63,216 nt of DNA, filler included, from Octopus bimaculoides (GCF_001194135.2; 6 parts of 5 records of this genome joined end to end with filler, not necessarily neighbours in it); one strand, 5' to 3'; numbered from the whole stretch's first letter, positions 41,127-54,149 are shown. The notes: a model not told the origin generated them from the letters alone. Numbers and translations: made by a program.

Positions 41127-43984
41127 TGTGTGTGAATGCGTGTACCTTTATGATGTATATATATATATATATCAAGAGAGAGGGAGAGAGAGAGCGAGAG
41201 AGAGAAAGAAAGAGAAAAAGAAAGCGAGAGAGAAAAAGAAAGAGAGAGAGAGAGAGAAAAAGAAAGAGAGAGAAAAAGAAAGCGAGAGAGATACAGAGAG
41301 AAAGATATTGTTTAGATACGAAATCTACGTACTGAAATTGTGGTAATATTAAAATATGTTTCTGGAAATAAGTTCCTAAACATTCGTACACAAAGAATTG
41401 TCTGGAATTTGGTAAGCTTTGAATTACGTTGCACAGAAATATATGAAATATTCACTGATTTCTTTAGCTGATGTTAGCCAATATATCATTATAAAAATAT
41501 TCCTTATCTGCAGCAGCCAAATGTGACAATATGATATATATGGTTATGTCATATATTTATGTACAGAGTGAGGTGAGGATGAGAAGTCCCGAGAAAAAAA
41601 CAGTCTAGTGTAATTATACTTTTAGATAAGTTATATTCCAGTTAAGAATGTTACCAAATAGAGTGCCGTTGATGTGTTTAACCTTAGAGTTACGCTTTTT
41701 ATGAGGATATGAAAACTTTGCTACTTTTGTCAGGTGACTTCTCTAAAGACGGTAAAGATTTCCTTTGCTTATCTAGAATAGCTCAAACATGGTGTCTTTA
41801 ATGAAGGAGATACTGTCGTTTCTGTATGAGTCATACGTTTTGTCTCTTTATCTTTTATCTGTTACGTATTTCTATCATTAGGCTGCGGACACGCTGGGGT
41901 GCTGCATGATGAAATTTTAGTAGAATAAATCGATCCCAGAAAATATTTTTTTTAAAGCTTGAGAGCTTACTCTATAGGTGTCTTTTCCAGAATCGCTCAG
42001 CTAAGGAAACGTAAACCCACTAACAGCGGTTATCCAGCAATGGAGTGAGGAGAAACACAGACACAAATCTATCTATCTGTCTGTCTGTCTGTCTGTATAA
42101 TTTAAATGAAAGGATCGATTGCATGGCCCCTGCGATCCCTCTGAAATTAGAGGGATCAACGCCATTGATCTTCATACGAATACTCATGTTTAAATTTCTA
42201 TGAAAGCTTCCAGGTTGTTTCTTATAACAAATTGGAAGACAGAGGTAAAAGGAAACCCGATGAGACTCTGAATGGAGACGAAACCATTCGTTTCGTGTCT
42301 CATTTAAAGTTGCCATAAACTTTATGACATAATCACTGCGCCAACTGTCACAGTGAGCTTGAATATATGTTATATTAATCATATTGATATAATTCCTTAC
42401 ATGTACTTTATTCTAAATTATTATAGTATTTAGATAACTTATTCTAGCCATCGCGGAACGATGAAAGCCAAAGCTGACTCCGAGGAGACTTTTATGGCAA
42501 ACGTTAAGAGACGTATTCGCATGAATTCATATTTGTTTCATTGCAAAATAAACAGTTATTGTAAAGGAGTAATTTAGTTAGATATTTGAAGTTAAATCAA
42601 TCTAACGCGACGTCGATCTGCTATCGTAAAATTAATTATATTGGACTTTAATGATGAGTGGCAACGGAGTTTGATCTTGCTTAACAGTTAGTGTTTAGCG
42701 AGCGCCATAGAACCAGAAGTGAACTTCTCACAAACTACAGTGATCAGTTAAAATAAATAGACACCATGTTTTCAGTTGGTGGTCGAACGAAGTTTCCCAT
42801 TTCTGCAGAAATTAATGAACATCACATAACAACAGGTATTTCAGTAAGTTTCAGGCGCCAATATTCGGTTTTGTATTGAAAATATTACAAGCCAGCAATT
42901 TATGTGTGAATCCTTAAATACTTAGAATATAGTGATGCTACAAAATTACTTAGAATATAGTGATGCTAACTAATTGTGGTTATAGTGGCAAAATTCAATG
43001 AAGTATGCGAATTTTACGGTTACGCGTTTGACGAAGGTCCTTGGACTTTTGCATCAGCAGCAATGAAAGGCGAACGAATTCAACTTTAGGTAGAGCTATC
43101 TCAGGTTTATAAGAACATGTTGTTTTCCCACATTATGCTAGTCTCTCAGATTTATCACATCAGGCCAAAAAGTCTCTTGCCATCTAAAGGAATCTATGTC
43201 GCTTATCTTAGTGATCTGTTTTGCATCACATATTTCACTTGTCTTATGTAACATGTGTAGGTCGTCGTCGGCGGCAAAAGCCACCGATCTTAACTTATAT
43301 AATAACGTAACGCACAATCATGATTTTCAGTGATTAAAATTCCGTCCACTTGCTCATAATATTATCCAGCAAGTTATATATGGATGATTACTAAATCTTG
43401 TCGTTGAACCTTGTTCCATTAATTTATTGGATGAGCATTTGTCAATATAATGATGTGGTTTAACAAAATATTTGCAAATTCAATGAAACTTTAGTATTGT
43501 CATTGTTTGCGCACGCAAACCACTTCATATGCTGATCAGCCTAACAACGCTATATGACTAACCATCTCACAGAAATACTATTACCATGCATTGACAAAAT
43601 GTTGGACATGGAATTGGTGAACGAACTCATTTGTGTGGAAGCTACTCAAACAAACCATTTACGGTCATGAATCATTGACTAATCAAACTTTATTCTTGAT
43701 CGAAATTTATTTCTCCTCTATATGAAAGATCTTTTCGTGAATGTTCTTCATTTTATCAACATTTAAGCTGATAATAGTATTCTTTATTCTGCTTTTCCTG
43801 ACAATCCCTCTCCCTTGAAACGGTTGAAATTTGCTGCTAATCATGAGATGGATCAGCAGGTCAAGAAATGGGGCGAGAAGTGGCTACTTCATTCAAACTG
43901 TTTGGTCTAACTTTCTCACTTGATCCTTCTTGATGTTTTTACATAAAATCAGTTGGTAGGTCAGCTTCCCGTAATTTGCCCCAT

Positions 43985-44420
43985 GTAAAGGTCAAAAGAC
44001 TACTTCACAGCCGAGGCCACTTACTATTTTCACAATCCTTGCATGGAATACTGTTGTCATATTTGGGAAGGTGCACCATCTTCTCACTTGGATCTCAGAG
44101 ACCGGGTTCAGAAACGAAACTCTTAATTGATTAGTACCTCACTTGCTTCAGTACTACAACCTTTAGCACATAGAAGTCATTTCGCAAATCTTAGCCTTTT
44201 CTACCGTTATTGCCATAGAAATTGCTCTGATAAACTCACAGCCTCTTCATACAAATACTGTTGTGCTGCCATGAATAAGGAAGTTTTTCTGCGGTAGTTG
44301 CTTTATTCCTCGAACTGCCAGACTTTAGAATTCTCTTACATCATATAGTTTTCCTCCTTCTTGTGTCCTAAACTCTGGCGATGTTTTAGCAGAGTGTAAT
44401 CTATTGAAACCATTCTGGCG
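43985..44420 (+). mobile_element. Degenerate CR1/Jockey-type LINE 3' end of the RT ORF
   Basis: Translates to PCMEYCCHIWEGAP...DRVQKR...LAHR...LSLFYRY...CS and FIPRTARL*NSL...FP, with stops and frameshifts. Confidence 0.8.
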
Positions 44421-44802
44421 AAAAGGTTTATGGTCTGAGCAAAATTTTCCTTGGTGAATCGAAAGATTTGAGATAGGCCAGAGGCAACGTTATTCCTCAA
44501 ATAGCTAAGCCATGTAATAAAACAAAAGCAAAAATGATAGTAAAACAACATTAACAACAAACAACAGCACAAGCAATGGCGTCACAAGAGAATGCCAATC
44601 CAGGAACAATGCTTGCTTGAAAGAAAGCCAAATGAAAGGAAATCGTGACGACGGCAACATTCAAATCGGCGTCGGAACTAAAAACGAAAATAACATAAAG
44701 CTGCCGTATCTCTCTCTCTCTTTCTATTACTGTCCCTATTTATCTATCTACCAGTCAGTCTGTATGTATGTCTGCATGACTGTCTTCCTATCTATCTCTC
44801 TC

Positions 44803-44902
<100 letters not shown>

Positions 44903-45110
44903 NNNNNNNNNNNNNNNNNNNNNNNNNNNNNNNNNNNNNNNNNNNNTTAATTAATTAANNNNNNNNNNNNNNNNNNNNNNNNNNNNNNNNNNNNNNNNNN
45001 NNTATATGTATATATATATATATATACATTGCCACATAACACACATGCATATACATGTGCACTCACAAATACACACATGCATATATATGTACACACACAC
45101 ACACACACAC

Positions 45111-45174
<64 letters not shown>

Positions 45175-45822
45175 GATATAAATGACAATCTAATAATTTA
45201 TTTATATTATAGTATAACATAATATACTGTGAATATAATATAACATAAAGAATTATTAAAAAATCAAAAAAGCCAACAATTTGTTTCAACTTATATACAT
45301 TTTTTCGATATATCAACAATTCAATTTCCTTCCATAATATACGAATAATAGTCCTTATTTAAGTAGCTTCAAATCTGGTTACTTCTAAAAAACTAGTAAT
45401 ATTTTGACATCCATTATTATAGCCTAACTCTATATCTATTTTAGGTTATAGTGTTTGTAGCTCTAAATTTATCTTCATTATTATGGAATTCTCCCTATGA
45501 TAAATTAAGTAAGCAATGAAATTTTTGTTAGGTTTCTATTCATATTTATTACAGAATTCTCCCTCCAATGAACAATAAATAGTGAACATTTTTTATTAGC
45601 TACTTTAAACAATATTTTTTTATATCAATAACTTTAAATAAATAGAAGAGTTATTACATATTAAAAATTTAATAATATTTTTTTACACACTTTATTAGTT
45701 TCTAGATTAAGTAAGACCCTGATACATAATTATATACATATATATTATTGTTATATGTTATTATAATAACAAAAGATTGTCTTCAACATAAACGAGTTTG
45801 GTTTAATGTTATTTGAGATATT

Positions 45823-46207
45823 TTTTACTCTTTTACTTGTTTCAGTCATTTGACTGTGGCCATGCTGGAGCACCGCCTTTAGTCAAGATAATCGACCCCA
45901 GGACTTATTCTTTTGTAAGCCTAGTACTTATTCTATTGGTCTCTTTTGCCGAACCGCTAAGTTACGGGGACGTAAACACACCAGCATCGGTTGTCAAGCG
46001 ATGTTGTGGGGACAAACACACACACACATATATATATATACATATATACGACAGGCTTCTTTCAGTTTCCCTCTAGCAAATCCACTCACAAGGCTTTGGT
46101 TGGCCCGAGGCTATAGTAGAAGACACTTGTCCAAGGTGCCACGCAGTGGGACTGAACCCAGGACCATGTGGTTGGTAAGCAAGCTACTTACCACACAGCC
46201 ACTCCTG
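45823..46207 (-). mobile_element. Full-length tRNA-derived SINE, family A (CORE-like centre, internal microsatellite, RTE-like tail)
   Basis: Head GTGGCTGTGTGGTAAG...GGGTTCAGTCCC, ACCTTGGACAAGTG core, tail GCTCCAGCATGGCCACAGTCAAATGACTGAAAC. Other pieces at about 6105-6265, 9578-9905, 14200-14245, 15270-15480, 20043-20100, 32537-32590, 49672-49810, 50065-50275, 54493-54790, 57350-57488 and 58262-58465. Confidence 0.85.
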
Positions 46208-46604
46208 TAGAAATATATTTCGATAATTGTAGATTTTACTTACTTAATTATTTTGTCCATTGTAATTTTGTTGTTTTTTTAAATTATAATTGATATGTAG
46301 TTGAACAGTTAATGCTCACACTCATAATACATAGGCATTTGAATGAATTTTTTACAATCCAGCTGTCCTTTCACATGGAATTTTGTCTATCTTTAAACCA
46401 TTGGCTCTGATGAGACTTATATAAGGGAATTGAATTGTTTATATATCAAAAAATGTATATAAGTTGAAATAAATTCTTGGCTTTTTTGAGTTTTTTAATA
46501 ATTGTTTATGTCATCTTATACCATATTATATTCATAGTATATTATTATGGAAATGTACTTGCATAGCAAGTGACCTGATCTGAAATTGTGTGCTGAAACA
46601 AAAC

Positions 46605-46793
46605 AATTGCAGCAAGGAAGGTGTTTATAAGCCATTTAAAAAAAAAACACAAAAAAACCGTTAGATTCACTTCAGCATTTAAATTTAATTTGTGTCAAAA
46701 TATTTTCATTGCTTTGAAACTGTGACCTGTTCACTGGCAAAATTTTGAGCTGCATCTCTTTTAAATGGCTTATAAACACCTGCCACACTGCAA
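46605..46793. repeat. MITE-like element with a 23-bp perfect inverted repeat
   Basis: AGGTGTTTATAAGCCATTTAAAA (46619-46641) and its reverse complement (46759-46781), with outer TTGCAG/CTGCAA. Confidence 0.55.
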
Positions 46794-47075
46794 TAGTATA
46801 TTATGTTATGTCATAATATAAATAAATCATTGGATTGTCAATTGTATCTCTCTATTTAGTTTATTGTTTGTAATTTGCATTATACCCATATTTATGTGGT
46901 ATTCAACTGATGTACCAGAGAATTAGATGTTTTACACACCCCTTTGAAGGAATTCCTATCTTTAGTTTGTTACTTTATATATATAGAGAGAGGCAATTAT
47001 GCAGATAAACAAATTAGACACATCAAGTATATTAAATACAAAATATGTATGTATGTATGTATGTATGTATGTGTG

Positions 47076-47158
<83 letters not shown>

Positions 47159-47366
47159 AACAATATGACCAAGAATGGAGAAAATCACTTTAACTAATGA
47201 GTACACCACATAATATTGATGATCGTTTCTGTTGGGCCAGAATATTTAGATACAGAAAAAAAGGTATAAAATATAACATTAACTAAGCAATCCAAAATTG
47301 GCTAAATTCAAAGGGAAGAAAACATCTCTAACAGACGAATGCATAAAACAAGAATGTTAAGAAGAA

Positions 47367-48007
47367 GGCACTATCATGCTATTAGCTGTCAGAAGTGAAA
47401 GTGCTCACTGCCTGCTAGTGAAGTATCTGTCTGTCTGCCTGTCTGCCTGCATGCCTGTTGCTGGCCTGTTGATTCTTTGGCCACTGACAGCTAATACCAT
47501 GACTGTCCGGAGCGAGCTATATGTCTGTCTCTCTCTCTATCTATCTATCACTCGAAAGTTCGCGCGTCCGCACTAGCTAGTCGTGAGTAGAAAACACAAA
47601 TTTAATATAAAAACATATTTCCTGAAATTGCAAATTATTTAAAATATAAAGATATAATTTTCAACAGAGAGAATTTATCAAAATAGAAAACAAATGAAGT
47701 TTGAAGTTTAAAAATAATAGGATGGACCACTCACGACTAGCTAGCGCGGACGCGAGTACCCTTATACTCTGTGTTTTCAAACACATGGATATAGGTGTCA
47801 AATTTGTTCCAATAACTTTCGAGTAATAGATAGATAGATAGAGAGAGAGACAGACAGACAGACATATAGCTCGCTATGGCCAGTCATGGTATTAGCTGTC
47901 AGTAGCCAAAGAATCGACAGGCCAGCAACAGGCATGCAGGCAGACAGACAGATACTTCACTAGCAGTGAGCACTTTCACTTCTGACAGCTAATAGCATGA
48001 TAGTGCC
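47367..48007. mobile_element. Fold-back MITE with about 190-220 bp TIRs and 8-bp TSD AAGAAGAA (Mutator- or Merlin-like)
   Basis: GGCACTATCATGCTATTAGC... at 47367 mirrors ...GCTAATAGCATGATAGTGCC at 48007; AAGAAGAA at 47359-47366 and 48008-48015. Superfamily assignment is inferred from TSD length and G-start TIR. Confidence 0.8.
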
Positions 48008-49802
48008 AAGAAGAAATATAATAGTCTAAGAAAAACCAGTTAAGTGTTAACTTTTGATGACATCAGTAGATAGCAAAAGAATAAAAAATAAGTGTAGGCA
48101 TTCTTTGTCATGACAATCAGTTATCAACCTGCTAAATATGCCAAAATGTTTTTTAGAAAAATTATGCCTATTAGATTATAGGAAAATCAATTATAATTAA
48201 TGGATTATTTAGTATTGAAATACTTAGATTAAACTTGCTGGCTGAAGATGCTTGTCTAGCTCTCATAAACATATCATAATTCTAGTGAAACACATTCACT
48301 AATTACAAAAATTAGAAATGATACATTTCTAAATCTCTCAGAGTGACTTAAGCAAGTCATGCCACTCCTGGCTGATGATGAGCAAAAACTCAGAAAAATG
48401 TCTCTGGATGCAGGCTTGGCTGGTTGGAGGTGCTTGTCTCCCCCTCGTAAACATAAGGACACAAGAAATGTGTCAAGGCTGACAGGAAGCGGTGCAGCTT
48501 CCTAGGGCTAAATAACAGTAGTATGATTCCCTTATTGGGACTGTCACGTTAAGTTGACAGTATACAAATACTTAAATGTTCTTCTGTATTTATGAAACCA
48601 TTTCAATGTAAAATTTCTATTATGGTTTTTCTAGCTGCATTATATCAACTTCAAATCTGGAAAAATCTGAATTCTGTATTAGTTCTATAGCCCCACAGTC
48701 CCTAACTAGTAACATCTGTTGTCAAACCTAACAACAACTAGCTTTCACAATACTACCCACTCATCTCTTAACTCTCCACTTCTCCTTCTACTTCTCTCAA
48801 TACTCTAATCACTCACCTTCTCCCTCTTCCTACACTGACTCTCCTATCTCTTCTTGTCTTTCCTTGCTTCAATACTCCCCACACATCCTTTTACCACCTA
48901 CTTCCTCCTCCTCACTTACTTTTATTGGCTTCCTTCTTCACCCATTCTACCTTTAAATTTCCCTGCATTATGATTTAAAAAGTTAGATATCTATTTCTCC
49001 ACTCTGAAGATGGAGGCTGGATCTATCTAATGCTTATATGCTTCCACTACTGGAGTTTTTGTGAACTACATCTGCCAAATTTATGAAGCAATTCTGAGCC
49101 CCCAGAATCAGCTGTTGGACTCATAATACCATACCTTCTCCCCTTAATTTCTTGTGTCTTTTTACTCTATGTTAATATATAAATATCTATATTTTTATAC
49201 ATGAATATTCATCATCTGAATATTTTCAGTCTTTGGTTTCTCTCTATTTACTTGTATATATGCATGTATATTTTGCATGTCAAAACTAAACATTTTTATT
49301 TGTTTATTTGCATCATTATCTCCATATCTGCTCACCTGGATTCCTCTTATAGCTACTCTTTGCCCCAGAGACCTCGTCCTTGGTAAAGATTCCAGAATGT
49401 AACTGCAAATCATTTGAGTGCTATTAAGTGTTTTCCATATTGAGCATCTCTGGATCTCATCTGTTGACTCTATACATATATAAAATAAGACAAAGATAAA
49501 GATATCAGTGTGACAGAAGTTAGATGTTGCTTACAATTGTTTTGGTGTTATTTCACTCTGAATCACATTACACATACATAATTGCATGTACTCCATTACT
49601 ATACACACACACACACGCACACACATTTGTATATAGACATTTTTCTCTCTTTCTCTCTCTCACTCTCTCTCAGGCAAGGCTGTGTGGTAAGAAGCTTGCT
49701 TTTCAACAACATGGCACCTTGGGCAAGTGTCTTCTACTATAGCCTCAGGCTGATCAAAGCATTGTTAGTGAATTTGGTTGATGGAAACTGAAAGAAGCCC
49801 GT

Positions 49803-49854
<52 letters not shown>

Positions 49855-49857
<3 letters not shown>

Positions 49858-50058
49858 AAGATACTGGTACCATGCAACTGGCACCTGTGCTGGTGGTATG
49901 TAAAAGCATCCATTACACTCTCAGAGTGGTTGGCATTAGGAAGGGCAAACCAGACTAGATTCTGGTGCAGCCTCTCAGCTTGCCAGCCCTGGTCAAACCG
50001 TCCAACCCATGCCAGCATGGACAACAGACGTTAAATGATGATGATGACGATGACGACG
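49855..50058 (+). mobile_element. SINE family C (AAAAGCAC...GTTGGCATTAGGAAGGGCA...(GAT)n tail), inserted into the central microsatellite of a family-A SINE
   Basis: Further copies at 51555-51900 (-), 53450-53715 (+) and 53755-54000 (+), all ending in GAT repeats. Confidence 0.75.
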
Positions 50059-50291
50059 ATATGTGTGTGTGTCCCCATCATCACTGCTTGACAACCAATG
50101 TTGGTGTGTTTATGTCCCCATAACTTAGTGGTTTGTTAAAAGAGACCAAAAGAATAAGTACTAGCCTTACAAAGAATAAGTCCTGAGCTCGATTTCTTTG
50201 ACTAAAAGCACTTTAAGGCAGTGCCCCAGCATGGCCGCAGTCAAATGACTGAAACAAGTAAAAGAATAAAAGATTACATATATGCCTGCAA

Positions 50292-50326
<35 letters not shown>

Positions 50327-50729
50327 TGTATGTGTGTGTGTGTCTGATGCAATGTTTCCTTGTACTATGGTGGTCCTTATCACCCTTATAGAATAACAGA
50401 AATTATTCTGAAAGCAGAGACTTCAAAATACTTGATGTTTTGATGTTTTGATAAGTGTTTTACAGTTTTTATTTCATTTATTTATTTCCCCACCACCATC
50501 AACTCGAGCCCCCACCCCACCACCACTTCTCTCTAATTTCATTTTATCTAAATTAGGCTCATTAAAAGCCAGAATCCTAACCTGGCAACCTTTAACTTAC
50601 AAAGAATTTTTTGTCTTTCTTATCATATCTCCCACCCCTACCCAACCACAGGCCACACGAGACCAGCAGAATTAGAAGTGTATCGTATAGAATTACTATG
50701 TTTCATTATGGCCTTTAATTTCATGAGTT

Positions 50730-51255
50730 CATACCACACCTTACATTTCACCCTTTGAAGAAGTTAATAAAATAAAGTACCTGCAAGATACTAGGGTAGA
50801 CCGAATATTCCAATCAAACATCCAAGATAACAATAAAATTATAATAGAAGACTTAGACTAAATTTACCTTTCACCAATCTAGGGTTTCCATCTGGAGTTG
50901 ATAAAATGAAATAGCAGTGAAATACTGGGGTAGATTTAATATTCCTATAAAACATCCTAATGTGAATGGAATTATGATAGAAGACTTAGACTAACTTTAC
51001 CTTTCATCCATGTGGAGTTGATATAATAAAGTAGCAGTGAAATACTGGGTTAGATTTTACATTCCTATAAAACATGCCTAAAAAACATCCTAGATGTCAA
51101 TGGAATTATAATAGAAGACTAACACTAACTTTATATTTCAACCTTCTGGGGTTGGTATGATAAAACAACAGTGAAATACTGGGGAGGATTTAAAATTCCT
51201 ATAAGACATCCTAAATGTGAATGGAATTATGATAGAAGACTGATCTTTACCTCTT
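50730..51255 (+). repeat. Minisatellite with 121-134 bp units, about 4 copies, derived from the family-B SINE body
   Basis: TAGAAGACT recurs at 50845, 50978, 51112 and 51233; each unit has ACCTTTCA...GTTGATA...CAGTGAAATACTGGG. Confidence 0.8.
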
Positions 51256-51435
51256 ATAGACGACATGTTTATCTTATTTGTCTTTCATTCAAGTGTTTTC
51301 ATATGCTTCCATATTGCAGGTAGCTGGGAGAGAAGAATTAAAATTGAAGAAAATATGTACTGATGTTATGAAAGTGTAACTGTTAAAAATTCTATTGCAT
51401 AACATTGTGTATGAGCATGTTTCAGTATATGTATG

Positions 51436-51472
<37 letters not shown>

Positions 51473-51904
51473 ATATATATATTATCACCATCATTATTCT
51501 TATCATTGTATCTTGGAAGGGCCAACAAAATATCAACATTATTATTCTTACCATCATCATCATCATCCTTTAACGTCCATGCTAGAATGTGTTGGACAAT
51601 TTGACAGGAGCTGGCAAGCTACAGGGCTGCACAAGGCTTCAGTTGTCAGTTTTGGCATGGTTTCTATGGTTGCCCTTCCTAATACCAGCCACTTTACAGA
51701 GTGTACTCAGTGCCTTTTACATGATACCAGCACAGGCAGTTTTATCGTGGTGTTGGCACAGGTGCTCTCTTACATGAAACCAACAAGGGTGCTTTTTATG
51801 TGGCACTGGTATGGGTGCTTTTATATGTGTCACCAGCAAGGGTGCTTTTTATGTGACACTAGGACAGATGCTTTTTAAATGGTGCCAACATGAGTGCTTG
51901 ATAT

Positions 51905-52100
51905 ATATGATTGACCGTTGACTGAACACTATTCAATTTTTTTTCTCCGTGTTTTTCTCCTTGTCTCCGTATTCTTTCTGTTGAAGAGCGTAGCTCGAAA
52001 CGTCAAAGACTTTCCGTATTCCCGAGCGTCATACTAATATATACTTTTGTTATTTACACCACCTGTCCTCGTCTGTTGTTATTTTTTGTATAATCTCCCA
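51905..52100 (+). mobile_element. Penelope-like terminal repeat with a minimal type-I hammerhead-like motif (51973-52009)
   Basis: TCTTT-CTGTTGA-A-GAGC-gta-GCTC-GAAA-CGT-C-AAAGA: stem I, stem II and palindromic ACGT stem III typical of Penelope-associated minimal hammerheads; core reads CUGUUGA. Confidence 0.6.
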
Positions 52101-52589
52101 TATATATATATATAAATTCAAAAAGGGATAAAACTCTTTTACAAGAATTTTATCAAGAATTTGGTGAGAATTCTGTTTATTTATATATATTTTTGGAACA
52201 ATACCATGCTGATGAACGAAATCTANNNNNNNNNNNNNNNNNNNNNNNNNNNNNNNNNNNNNNNNNNNNNNNNNNNNNNNNNNNNNNNNNNNNNNNNNNN
52301 NNNNNNNNNNNNNNNNNNNNNNNNNNNNNNNNNNNNNNNNNNNNNNNNNNNNNNNNNNNNNNNNNNNNNNNNNNNNNNNNNNNNNNNNNNNNNNNNNNNN
52401 NNNNNNNNNNNNNNNNNNNNNNNNNNNNNNNNNNNNNNNNNNNNNNNNNNNNNNNNNNNNNNNNNNNNNNNNNNNNNNNNNNNNNNNNNNNNNNNNNNNN
52501 NNNNNNNNNNNNNNNNNNNNNNNNNNNNNATATATATATATATATATATATATATAAAGATGATGCGTGTGTTCGATCATGTAATAATA

Positions 52590-53350
52590 CAAATAATATG
52601 TGAGTATATGCATATATACGTACATGTATGTACATATCTACATCTACATGTATATATAGATGCATATCTGGATACAGGACGTCACAAAAAAACGTGGACA
52701 AAATGAGAAACAGAACATAAACAGAGCACAGAAAACACACAGGCCACATAGAGAACATTTCCTTCATCAGCTGCCACCATTCTAAAACTAAGCGTTTCGA
52801 AGAGTTAGGGCAGGACACATGGTTAGAATGGCTCTTCCCGCAGAAACAAATAAATTTGTAATGCAGAGGAATATAGTGGTGAACAGAAATCACGACAGGA
52901 AAACGAAACAGGGAAAATAAACAAGAAGGGCTATAAGGCCAAACATGAAAAAAATATATATGTATACTGAACGCTGTGATGTGACGAACTGAAAGGAAGA
53001 GAGAAGAAAGTTCGTGCGAGCTTGGCAGTGGCCAAGATAAGAAAGGAAGCAGTAGCTGGACACATGTGACCAGCAAGGGGTAAGGAGAAACAGTGGTAGA
53101 GAGAGAAAAAAAGGGGAGGAAGTAGAATATAGGTGAGCAACGAGAGACAGGGAGGAAGAGAGAGAGATATAGTAGTGAAGGGGAGAGGCGAAGAACAACA
53201 GAAGGAAGAACGAGAGGGGGAGAAAGACTCTCCAGACAAATCCTTTGCTCCATGGAAGAGCTGGACTGAGATTCAAAGACATTGCAGAAAAGGAAGATGA
53301 AGTGGAAAGGAATTGATCATAATAAATGGTAAACTCAAACGAAAAACCAG
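52590..53350 (-). mobile_element. Penelope-like element 3' part (pyrimidine-rich UTR plus terminal repeat with permuted hammerhead motif)
   Basis: Same family as 54150-54470, preceded on the minus strand by a long C/T-rich tract. No clear ORF remnant; upstream boundary approximate. Confidence 0.5.
52761..52840 (-). ncRNA. Putative permuted hammerhead ribozyme, second copy
   Basis: GAAGAG-CCATTCTAA-ccat-GTGT-C-CTGCC-ctaa-CTCTTC-GAAACGC-ttagtt-TTAGAATGG-t-GGCAG-CTGATGA; three compensatory double substitutions relative to the 54361-54440 copy. Confidence 0.6.
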
Positions 53351-54149
53351 CCAATATGGAGAAAGCTTATCATGTCATGCCGAAGCCATGGACAGTCATA
53401 GATGTGATGATTGACTGCTGTACTCAAGAAGGCTCTTACACCACAACTGAAGTGTTGTGACCAGTCCCTCTGGTGATAAAAAGCACTTGTAGCCATTGTC
53501 ACATAAAAGTGCCTGTGCAGTGCCGTGTAAAAATGCTCATACAATGTCATGTAAAAGCACCTGTTTGATGCCATGTAAAAGCACCTGGTACACTCTGTAA
53601 AGTGGTTGGTGCTAGGAAGGGCATCCAGCCATAGAGACCATGCGAAAACAGACTGGAGTCTGGTGCAGCTCCCTAGCTTGCTATTATGGGCAATGAAGAT
53701 TAAATGATGATGATGATATATATATACTTCCATTTCTATATATATATATTATATGCAGTGGCACTTTGACTGGCTTCCGTGCCGGTGGCACTTAAAAAGC
53801 ACCATCCGATCGCGGTGAATGTCAGCTGTGCTGGTCCCTGTGCCGGTGGCATGGAAAAAGCATCCACTACATTCTCAGAGTGGTTGGCATTAGGAAGGAC
53901 ATGCAGATCAGATTGGGGCCTGGTGCAGCCTCCTGGTTTCCCAGACCCCAGTCGAACTGTCCAGCCCATGCTAGCAGGGAAAACAACGATGATGATGATG
54001 TATCATATATATGTGTGCATGTATATGTGTTTGGATGTGTGTATGTGTNNNNNNNNNNNNNNNNNNNNNNNNNNNNNNNNNNNNNNNNNNNNTTAATTAA
54101 TTAANNNNNNNNNNNNNNNNNNNNNNNNNNNNNNNNNNNNNNNNNNNNA

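Noticed and set aside
45330-45730. Very AT-rich stretch resembling mitochondrial DNA (numt)
   Set aside because: I could not obtain a convincing mitochondrial peptide, tRNA or rRNA match.
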